From NCBI GenBank assembly GCA_000934665.2, contig KZ538315.1, positions 1 to 64,000 on the forward strand: a stretch of DNA of 64,000 nt, read 5' to 3'. The stretch comes from Catajapyx aquilonaris. Lineage: Eukaryota. The notes beneath the pieces were generated by a model. It saw only the letters and a program-made list of their open reading frames with translations. It was not told the origin of the DNA and searched no databases. Positions 1 through 9,917 of the stretch are shown piece after piece (the first letter of the stretch is position 1; each line of letters starts with the position of its first letter). A program made the translations under genes and the position numbers.

Positions 1-656
1 ACCCCTGGTGATACCCCTGGGGCATATGTGGAGGCCTCCGTATGGATTTGCATAGGTCACAGAGAGACAGACATAGGTCTTGAAATATGTATTAGATTAA
101 ATTTCTGAACTGTGCAGAGACTTGGATTGTTGCAGGATATGGGACAACCACAAGAACACCCACGTGAATGGACAGAACCCACCACACAGTTCTTTCCACA
201 TGAGATATTCCCCTGTTCAATCCAGGTATCAAACTCAGGACTTCAGAAGTGGAGAGTTATGGTGCTAACCACTCAAGTAACCATTACACCACTGTGCCAT
301 CCTCATATTCCATATGCTATCAACAACGAATAATAACAAGCAACATTTTGTTTCTGATTTATTATTGACCTGGGCCCAGATAATTTCCTAATGCGAAGAT
401 ATCAAGATAATCCCCAAAAGCATCAGAAGGCTGGGAATAGGCACCCAATTGGCTATTTATAAAACTAATCAATCTGGCTCTTACCAGAATGCTACTAATA
501 AATCCAAGTTGTCAGCTATTGTATGTGATATACACAACTTTTAAAATATAGTGAATCAAGCCTAGGGTGAAATTGCACTGGCTCACAAAAATTTTATTCC
601 AAATGATGAGTGCAACAAAAATACTTCACAGCTATTCTGTCAATACTAATCAAATT

Positions 657-1779
657 GAGGACGTTCCTAAAAGCACTGGTAGCTGACCTATGCGACCAGA
701 ATCATTCCTAAATTCTCCAGTCTCCTGACCGGTAGCAGAGGTGACGCCATGTATGACGTCACCAGTAGCGTACCGGGTGCACCGGGCTAGGGGATATGGT
801 TCGTCCGGTCGATCCGGGTCTATAATCAAAGTGAAACAAAAGAGTAACAATAAAATAACAATATGGACACCTGAACAACAATATTCTGTTTTGATTCTCT
901 CGAAGTGTCCAGAGTGTGAATCGAACTTGTTTCAACTCGTCTCATTCCCTGGATTTTGTTTGATTGGAACAGAGTTGGAGGAACTCTTCCCCCTTCCCTC
1001 CTCCATACATCATCGTCACTATACAGGGTGTTTATTGTAACTCTGCGAAGACTTTCAGGGGTAATAGAGGGGACCAAGACAAGTATTTTTGACATAGGAA
1101 CCCGTGTCCGGAAACGCCATCTAGAGGGGGTTCATAGACAAGGAACGGGTGCGCTCAGACGCGTCAGGCGAGACGCACTAGGCGAGCGGACTGTTTTGTT
1201 GATAGATGGCGCGCAGTTGTTGCCAGGTTATGGCGTATCACGTCGTTGTAAGTAAACAACAACGTGATACGCCATAACCTGTCAACAACAGAACCGCTAT
1301 TGATAATCCGCGCGTCTCCTAGGAGGCGGACTTTCGTTGCTAGATGGCTCTGCTGTTGCCAGGTTATGGCACATCGCATCGTTGGCTACTATCCGAGCGC
1401 CATCTATCAACAATACAGTCCGCTCGCCTAGCGCCTCTCGCCTGACACGTCTGAGCGCACCCGTTCCTTGTCTATGAACCCCCTCTAGATGGCGTTTCCG
1501 GACACGGGTTCTTATGTCAAAAATACTTGTCTTGGTCCCATCTATTACCCCTGAAAGTCTTTGCAGAGTTATAATAAACACCCTGTATAGAGGAGCTATG
1601 CAGATGTTTCGAAAGAGGGTGACTAATTCCATGTTTGAATTCTGCCGTTGGTCGCCATTTTTGTTACCGGTGTGTACCAAAAAAAACATTCCTTTAATCC
1701 GAGCCCTGACGTCGTTTGTACTGGAGGGGAATCAGCCGGGCGCACCGGTCAGTGCACTGGTGCTTTTAGGAACGTACTC
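657..1779. mobile_element. Possible old non-autonomous TIR element enclosing the 1024-1585 MITE
   Basis: acgttcctaaaagcac (661-676) is perfectly inverted at 1760-1775, with imperfect extension on both sides. No clean target-site duplication is visible. Confidence 0.4.
1024..1585. mobile_element. Tc1/mariner-type MITE (fold-back element)
   Basis: Ends CAGGGTG...CACCCTG are flanked by TA at 1022-1023 and 1586-1587. Near-identical inverted arms of about 190 bp (1024-~1213 vs ~1394-1585). The mirror-image ORFs in the track are a by-product. Confidence 0.9.
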
Positions 1780-2078
1780 ATACTTTTAAAAATGGATAAG
1801 CTTCAGTTGAACCCATCATGTGTGGTAGACATTATTCACTCTCATGCATATCAGTTTCTCATAGCTGCACTAATGGGATATGTCTTGGGATACGTAGGAA
1901 ATCCAAGAGGACCAGGTTCAAATGCGGTGCAATATTCTCGTACACATGCAACTACTTCGGTTTATATTTATTGTGTATTCTAGTTATGAAATATTTAAAA
2001 ATGAAACTGAAGTCCACTGCATTAAAGTGGTCAGTTTATTACAACATCCTGATCATAAGCTACTGCAGCGTATAATAA

Positions 2079-2358
2079 GGCTATTTTCACACAAGGCCAC
2101 CATGGACGCGCTGCCAAGGCGGCACCACCACGTCTTTGCATTGCTGCAAGTTGAGCCTTTCACACGTGGTGGTTGGGAGCTCTGCCCACGCACCCCCAGA
2201 AATGCTGGTGGCGGCCAGGGCGACTTTCGGCGCTGCCAGTCACATGTTTGCATTGAATCATGTGAACCCTTTCACACGACACTCACTTTTCTTGCAGCCA
2301 GCAGTGCCTCTTAATTGATGCGGCAGCGCTGCCATGGTGGTCTTGTGTGAAAATAGCC
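2079..2358. mobile_element. PIF/Harbinger-type MITE
   Basis: TIRs ggctattttcacacaaggccaccatgg / ccatggtggtcttgtgtgaaaatagcc; TAA duplicated at 2076-2078 and 2359-2361. Confidence 0.85.
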
Positions 2359-2405
2359 TAAAGTACTACTGTGATTCTCAGGTTAGCTCAGTGCCAACTC
2401 AGTAC

Positions 2406-5400
2406 CTTCATGACAATCTCTTTCCGAGACCAGACGTCAAGTTCCCCCATAAGAGCCTGGTAGTCCCGGGACACCCTGCTCCTCCTGACAGCATCCTGGC
2501 CTCTCTCTGCAGCCTTCTTCGCTAGCTCCTTTTCCCGCTGCGCCTTCCGTTTCGCCTCCTCCCGTGCTTCTCTCTCTCTCTCCTCAGCCTGCTGCCTTGC
2601 ATCTACATCAGTTTTAGGGTCCATTTCCACCCAAGTTTTGGGAACAGTTGTTGACTGGCGTTTCAGTCGCCGATTTAGATCCTCAATTCTGCCTCCTGAT
2701 CCAAAAAACCTTAAATTTAAAAATATCACTGTAAATTTAAATTTGAGCCATGGCCTTAAATATTGGAATGTTTTGCAGTTTTTTTTAGGAGGTATTCATG
2801 GCAACTGGGACACAACAACACTGTCTTTAAGGGAGGTAATTGTTAATATCATATTTTGTCACAACAGCAATCATTCTCCAATGCAGTGCCGAGCCATTCA
2901 CTTGGCACATCATCACTTTCATCATCAGATTAGGCTTCAATTGTTTTCCACTCGTATTAAGCTGCGTTTACATGGGAGCAATTTATCAGCAGCGCAAAAT
3001 TAACAATCGTGGTAATAATATATTGTCGCCCCAAGTAATTGGTCTCATCACTCAGCAACGTATATCGCTAACGAAATCCCTCACGGATAAACTATTGTTT
3101 ATCAGCACCTTAACAACACGGTCGGTGTTAGGCGGGCGTGGGGGCCTCCCGACGGTTGGCAACGTTGCGTCGCAAACAATCGTGTGCCTATTGATACTGC
3201 TGCATGGTTACATGGAACTGTGCTTTATTCTTCTTTTCGGCCTTTCGGGGATTCAATTCGGGATTTTGAGGTGATTAAGTGGATGGAATAGGCCTTTGTC
3301 TTGGTGTTGCTGTATGGCTTTTTGTTACCGCAACAGTACTGTACATTGTTGTGGCCCTGCCAGGCACGGTACGTCGCCCGTGCTTGATATTTTTAGTTTT
3401 TGCGGAGCGAAAGTGGAGCTGGGCGCTTATTGTGGGTTTCTGTATCCGCAACATTATCGTGGGCTGAGAATCATCTTCGGTTAACTCCACTTTTTAATTT
3501 TTTTCAGGAGAGTCATTTACATATTCAGAACTGAATAATTCTGTCACTTGTGGACTTGAACGAAACTGTTTCCAACTCTCAGAAGGTTTATGATGCCATT
3601 ATTACAATATACGTTGGGTGGATATGAACGAACATAACACATCCAATGTCAATCCGCTGTTGGCTCGATTGCATTGAAAAATGGAGATAACCGAAGATGA
3701 TTCTCAGCCCGCGATTTACTGTCCGTCTTATGGCGCCGCAGGCCAACGAACGTTATTGTGGCTTTGCCAAGCGCAAAGTACACCTTCACACGTTCCGTTA
3801 AACCAATGAACTACATGACGCCATGTTCCGCCCGCCACCACCCAGCTCTCCCCTCCAATCATGCCCACGACGACTCACTCTGCAGGCTTACTACTGCACA
3901 CGCTCAAAAAACACGGCTGGTGTGACATCATATCATTCTTTGGGTTAACGGACTGCAGCAACCATCATGGCTTTCATATTTCCCACCTCCTTCATTAATA
4001 CTGTGGTCCTAGCACTCGTCTGAATGGTTTGCGTGGCAGGGGTAAGAAGACGCCCTTTGTTGTGCTCTCCTGGCAACCGGTTGTTTGCGACGCGTAGCCA
4101 ACATGTTTGGAGCACACGACGCCCTGCAAATCCCACCGCGTCGCTAGGTGCAGATAAACGATAGACTTTCCTCTCTCCCATGTAAACACAGTTTTAATTG
4201 CTGATTCAACAATTAATAACAATGAAAAGGACAATATCCCTTGTGTAATATGTATGGAAATGAACAAAGAAAAACCTGCAGGAATGGAATCTCATTGCAT
4301 TGTGTGTCATGCACTATGCGGTCATAATAACCGTAAAGGTCCATACACACAGGCCGTCGACGGTTTTGGTCTTTGGTCACGTTGAAGCCACGGACCAATC
4401 ATAAGTGTAGGAGAAGGGACAGGTGTGGAGGGGCGTCTTGACTTCTGGTGAGTTTTATGGTCCGGGTGGACCGGTGGAGCTGAGGTGGATTGGGTGAGTC
4501 ATGATTGGTCCGCAGCGTCAACGCGACCAAAGACCAAAACCGTCGACGGCCTGTGTGTATGGGCCTTAACAAACATCAGAATAATTTCTGTGTCGTGACC
4601 TTCAGATCTACTTACAGTGAGGTAAGCAGTGAAGTTATATTACTTGTACACAACCAATTAATCTTTATAATTAATAAAGGTAGTACACTATACACTGTGC
4701 AGGTGCGGATTATTATCCATGCATCGCCGTAATAATATCAGGAACAGGTTGAGGCACATGAAAACAACACCAATAAAAATGGTGTACCAGAAAATACTAA
4801 CTGCAACTCATATTTTGCTTGAGTTGTCACTTGAAACACTTACATCAAAATTATATTCACATATTTATTGCACAGAATTTTCATACCTGTCAACTGGGTC
4901 TCTTTTTGGAGGTGGCTTGGAGAGTAACCAAGCAGTTCTGGCTTTCTCCTTTTCTAGAGCCACATGCCGTGATCTTAGGCGCAGAAGGGCCTGCCTCTCC
5001 TCCAGCTCTTTCTGTATTTGCAAAGTACGAAGTGCATCTTTCCCACGTTCTTCCGCAGTGTAAGAGAGTAACGTCACTGAGCTGGAAATGTTGTCCAGTT
5101 TCTGCAAAAAAGTTTTGATACATATTAGGTCACAATAGCTAGAAGCCCTGCAATAACTGAGGCAATAAAAACAGTAATAGTAGTAACTGTAACAGTGGAC
5201 AGGGAAATACCAAATGTCAACTGATGTGAGTGCAAGCAAGCCCATCAACATTATTAATTATTCACACCTGCTCTTCCAGGAAAGCATTTCGATGAGCTGT
5301 TCCAACACATGATACCATGCGTCGGACCTCTTCTTCAAGAGCATGGGTTGCTATCTCCCTCCTGTTCCTTTGCAGGTTCCTGCCTGTTTTCAATAGCATT

Positions 5401-8272
5401 GCCGTTTGTTTCTCAGCTTCTAATTGGACAGAACCGCGAACAGTGACTGACATTTCGCGAGACTGCTGCCTGACCTGTAACAAGTTAAATGGCATCATCA
5501 TTATTGCTCTTTGTTTATTATACCCCTCATTGGAGGTGTGCTCCCAAGCTTCCAGGCTTTTCCCAGGCCTGGGAAAGCTTGGTTACCTGCTTGAACAGTA
5601 GTTTTCATGTGCTTGCCGTTCTGTGGAGTTACAACACACATGCGTATGATGGCCAAAGACAAAATAAGATGTTATTTCCGAAAAATCCTTTTACACTATT
5701 TCTTGAAGACATGTTGATTTTTATGCAAATTTCAAATATCACATTTAAAATTTTTAATTCATATGGAATGAGTTTCAAATTTTTCAACAATTTGAATTTT
5801 CCTTGCATGCGGCTAAAAACCAACCCCACAAAGTCTACAAGATATAATCATAAATATCCCTCAATTGCCAAAATGATAAACCAAGAGATTTGGCATCAGT
5901 GGCATGATAACTGAAGCAACACATCACAATAGCACCACACAACATTTTAAACTTACTGTACAAACTCCTTATCTGCAGATTCAACCAAACGCGGATTGAA
6001 AACATGCGGAAAAAAACATGACTTTCTGAAGAGCATACTTGAATTTGCCACATGCCAAGCACTACAACACAGTATGTAACTATTTACGAACCATTTAGAT
6101 CAGTGGTTTTCAAACTGGTGTACACGAACACAATTTAGAGGGTACGTGAATTATATCGTGCAAGGGCGTCCAGTCTCTACATTTTTTGTTGGGAACCATA
6201 TTCTTATTCAACAAGAATGAACCAGCTCCTGAGAAAAACACAACAAATCGTCATACTCACACATTCCCATCTTTCGTTTTGCTATTACTCTATTATTTTA
6301 GTGGTAATTTATTATATGCAGTGGCATTTAAGGACTTATCCGTATGGCACTGTCGCTCATCACATGCGTTGAAACTCAAGAAACAACACGGCTGTGTTAA
6401 TTCGAACGAGTTCAATTCTAACATTGCGGTTTGCGACGTTGTGAATGATTTGAAAATAATCTCTGGCTGCAGAGCCTGATCTACCTGGCGTAAAAAATTT
6501 CGAGTCTCAACAAATGAAACTCGGGCCTTCAAGACTTCACAGCCAATATATTTAATGTGCAAAACAAAATTGAAGGAACAATCAAAAAAATCAAGTTTTG
6601 GGAATCTTCTGTACTCTTCTGGTCTACCTAAGGCGATGGCAGTGATTGGCTGCTAGGGTACAGCCCAGGACTTGCTTCTGAGTGGACTACCGGCCGCGAA
6701 AATAGTCACCCAGTATCTGTGGTTTTCTCGAATAAACAGTGCTGGTAGATGTAATTCAACTATAATTATCACGGGCAGCCCATGCGGTAGCTGCAGAGCT
6801 ACACATATTGCACATTTTGCTGTGAGGAGCGGAGTAGGGCCCGGCATGGTAGGGACTATTTTCAGGTGGCTCACCCCTCGGCAGCAACAGAGTTAGTCCC
6901 ACGTAGCAGTGGCAAAAGTGGGAGCAGGCTTTGCGTAGATAGGCCTTGCTTAGGAAGCCTGGGTCAGGCCGATTTTTAGTCCCATGTAAACGTACTCACT
7001 GTCTTTGCAAAATCCAGTCTATAGTCGAGATTGGTGGCTAAAAGAGGCAATACACATTTTGCCTTGGTCCGCCATGCCCACACCTGAATATTTACATACA
7101 TATGATGCACTCCTGTCACAACCTAGCTCCTGTCCATGCCTAGCTCAAAATACATAACTGCAACGCTCCAGTAAGTTCATGCTGCTTATCCAGCTCCATC
7201 ACACAACCACAGGCACCTGCAGGAATCTGTGGTGGACATTCAGCAATCAACTTTACTGAACAAATTGAAATCATGGCTCTTTTGCTAAGAACAGCAAAAA
7301 TGCCAAATTATCTTACTAATTGTCTGTTGAGCTGACAAAAATGATGACATTGCCCCTAGTCACATTGGTTTTTCATTGCGTTTGTGTACTTCTAGAATCT
7401 GTATGGGACATTCTCTGCATGCAATGTTTTCAGTTGCTTCAATTTATTTCAGTCACCTTGGGATAAAATCAGACAACCTCTCACCCAGACCAGCTGGGTT
7501 CAGTGGGGCTTAACGTCGGCCTATTTCTGCCTCTCAGGATCAACACAGACGCCAGGGGGTGGTCCTCCTCCTGGAAATTTGGCCACTCTGGGGATCTTTA
7601 ACGTGCACTCACGCAATGTCACAAGCACACGGGACCGACGGCTTTACTTCCCCTCCGAAGGAAGGCGCACTCTCACTTTTCTACCACCCGGAGAAAAGTC
7701 ACTGACCTCGGCCGGGTTCGAACCCACAACCTTGGGACCAGAGGCGAGCGCGCTAACCACTAGTCCACCAAGGCCGGCACCCAGACCAGCTGGCATCAGG
7801 AGTCAAACCTTGGCCAACACAAATGCGCATCCGCTACCCTCACTTGCTAAGACAGAGTCCCTCAGTATTGCAATTTATACCATAACAAATGATCCTATCA
7901 CCTTTTGGGTTATTGTATAGAAAACACCTCTGGCCAATTTACAAGCAATACCACAGGTACTTTGATGCAGAACCTGTGGAGTACAGTATTATGATTCCTT
8001 TTTTCCAGCAAAGTTGCACCTGAGGATCCACCTAAATGAAATGGGGGTAATGTCGTTATGATGGAGCGAGTGATCACCTGCTCCAGCCTCATCCTCCTCC
8101 GTCGCTTCCACTCCTCGCTGACCAGGTTCTCCTTCTCGCTCTGCGTCAACCGAATCACACTGGTCTTCCGCCTGATGAATCCGCCCGATGAGACACCGCT
8201 CCTGCTTCCTCCTCTCCCCGAACCCGATGCCGCCAGGGGCGACGACGTGGCATAGGCAGACCCCCCATCCAT
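2406..8272 (-). CDS. CEP295: CEP295/Ana1-like centriolar coiled-coil protein, 5' part. Exons 8272-8078, 5474-5268, 5101-4887, ~2688-2406; the gene probably continues leftward out of the window
   Basis: GT/AG-bounded exons join in frame (phases 0, 0, 2). The product RLTQSEKENLVSEEWKRRRRMRLEQVRQQSRE...VGTAHRNA...ALEKEKARTAWLLSKPPP...DARQQAEERE...AAERGQDAVRR resembles, from recall, the two conserved N-terminal blocks of CEP295/Ana1. The exon 4 acceptor is ambiguous (2688 or about 21 nt upstream). Confidence 0.7.
2960..4193. mobile_element. Non-autonomous PIF/Harbinger-type element (~1.2 kb) in CEP295 intron 3
   Basis: Left end agctgcgtttacatgggag, right end ctcccatgtaaacacagtt; TTA duplicated at 2957-2959 and 4194-4196. 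Contains an internal 34-bp inverted repeat (3456-3489 / 3682-3715). Confidence 0.65.
4337..4566. mobile_element. PIF/Harbinger-type MITE
   Basis: Inverted arms of about 65 bp (aggtccatacacacaggccgtcgacggttttggtc...); TAA duplicated at 4334-4336 and 4567-4569. A related copy starts at 63890. Confidence 0.9.
6101..6150 (+). mobile_element. Orphan hAT/Charlie-like terminal sequence
   Basis: CAGTGGTTTTCAAACT preceded by atttagat, which resembles an NTCTAGAN-type target. I did not find the matching other end. Confidence 0.35.
7498..7777 (-). mobile_element. Full-length tRNA-derived SINE in CEP295 intron 1
   Basis: Minus-strand head carries an A box (TGGACTAGTGG) and a B box (GGTTCGAACCC). Perfect 16-bp target-site duplication cacccagaccagctgg at 7482-7497 and 7778-7793. 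Confidence 0.9.
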
Positions 8273-8439
8273 CCTTCCAGCGGCTGCTCATGGCAAGGGA
8301 CGACGACGAGGAGCGGCAAAGGACGGCGGAGGAAGAGGAGAGACCCGCTGGACCCGCTCTTCTGATGATCGAACCTCGCACGCCCGACGAGGAGCATGCG
8401 CCATGTTGGACTAACGAATTGGACATTCAAAAGGGCGGA

Positions 8440-8575
8440 CGGGGATTGGCCACGAACAACGCCGCCATCTTGGGACTCGACGCATCTCATTGGATTGCCG
8501 GAACCAATAGAATATCGGATCGGGGGATCACGTGGTATGAAGCTGCAAGATGGCGCCCACTGAAATTGGCTTCTG
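8440..8575. promoter_or_regulatory. Likely CEP295 promoter: two YY1/Pho-like motifs, several CCAAT boxes, one E-box
   Basis: GCCGCCATCTTG at 8461-8472 and CAAGATGGCG at 8546-8555 (opposite orientation); ATTGG/CCAAT near 8445, 8489, 8504 and 8566; CACGTG near 8529. CpG-rich, 170-300 bp upstream of the ATG. Confidence 0.55.
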
Positions 8576-8893
8576 CTCATACCGTACAGCACTGGCCGCT
8601 ACTGTACAACGAAAATGTCTCTAAAAAGTATTCATGCCCATTACGACAGAAATAATTAAAACTTGCTGCATTTGCATGTGTTAGCTGTAGCATACTGATG
8701 ATGGTCCCTCATCGTGAGACTTGATGGCTTGATTTTCCTATTCATTGTCAGTGACATTCATGTCAATCATGTCGGGTTCTGGTAAAGACAAACTATATGA
8801 ATACCTGATGTCCTGATGAGGTAGACACTATTTTTCATAGGAACAAATGAAATTTAAACAGATGAAATCAAGCGTGGTCAATTGGTCATTGAT

Positions 8894-8899
8894 TTTATT
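8894..8899 (-). promoter_or_regulatory. Candidate glypican poly(A) signal (AATAAA), implying a 3' UTR of about 1 kb
   Basis: tttatt on + at 8894-8899, downstream of the glypican stop; a second candidate lies at 9016-9021. Confidence 0.45.
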
Positions 8900-9917
8900 G
8901 ATAAAATTTCATGTAAAACGTACACTTTGCTGGCATAAACAGCACACACATTGCTGAGCCCACTTGGGATTACACGTGGTTAAGCCTGTCCAGAACAGAA
9001 AACAAGAGAAAGTGATTTATTTTCTCCTTTTCCGCAGTATTCACAATGATTGCATTTGAACCCCTCCTAACTGCTTTGTAGGAGGAGGAGAGTATTCCAA
9101 TATGATGGGACTTGTATTGCATCCAAGCCTGCCCTCTTGTTATTTCACACCTACTAAAAAAAAAATACAAACAGTTCCTAAGCCAGAATTTAGAACAATG
9201 TGCCACACAAACTTCTGGTCTCCTGAACTTGTTCCCTAATTTGTAAGAGTATTGTGCAAAGGCACCTGTGCAAACTCGCAGTCTGGCGTAGAGGTGGGAG
9301 AAAGGTGTTCCCTTTATAAATAAATAAAAAGTGAAGTTGACAGAAAGTGAGAGATCTCTCCTCCTGCTGCATTCCTGACTTGCTCACATAAATACACAAC
9401 CTAACTAAGTCCTTACTGAATAATAGCTTTCCATGTGAAGCGTTTCCTGTACAACAGAGAGGCGGCAGGAACATCTTTTTTTTCTGGATAATCACACAAG
9501 TATTGTTCTGTCGATGCACACTTGACTCGACATCACACTCACACCCACACTAACACATATGTCCTTACCAGTGTCTAGATTATGGTACATAAAACGCATC
9601 ATACAATCATGTACACTATTTGAGATGCTGTAAATGCATACAACTTCAGAGCTTCCCTCTGACCTCTTTTTTTTTTTTTTTAGTAAGTGATGCCATCCTA
9701 GCAAACAGCACAGTATGAAAGACTGCATTTCACTCTGCAATCATGATTCTCACTGATTTGGCACTAACCTACATGGTCTGCAGTTCAAAAGTCGTGCCGG
9801 GAGCCACAAGACAGTCAATAAATGTCACTGTACAGGCTGTTCTGCCATGACAAACTCATCATATGGCACAAGTCAATTGATTCTCTCTCATTCACTGAAC
9901 ACCAGGTTCGAATCGAC

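Noticed and set aside
130..290. Degenerate tRNA-SINE-like fragment on the minus strand
   Set aside because: Boxes are too decayed and no TSD is visible, so boundaries cannot be supported.
871..948. Possible further CEP295 exon (GMRRVETSSIHTLDTSRESKQNIVVQ, phase 0-0, minus strand)
   Set aside because: Phase fits, but the acceptor is A-rich, the donor (GTGTCC) is weak and I recognise no homology; it needs transcript evidence.
826..1789. Pairs of near-identical ORFs on opposite strands (MSKILVLVPSITPESL..., TKTSIFDI...)
   Set aside because: These are translations of the two arms of the 1024-1585 MITE, not genes.
7989..8655. Overlapping 145-155 aa ORFs around CEP295 exon 1
   Set aside because: Alternative frames of a GC-rich first exon and promoter; no recognisable domains.
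8696..8850. TGATGA...CTGA (C/D snoRNA-like) and CTGATGAG (hammerhead-like) motifs
   Set aside because: The C box lacks its 5' purine and a terminal stem, and there is no stem II closed by GAAA.
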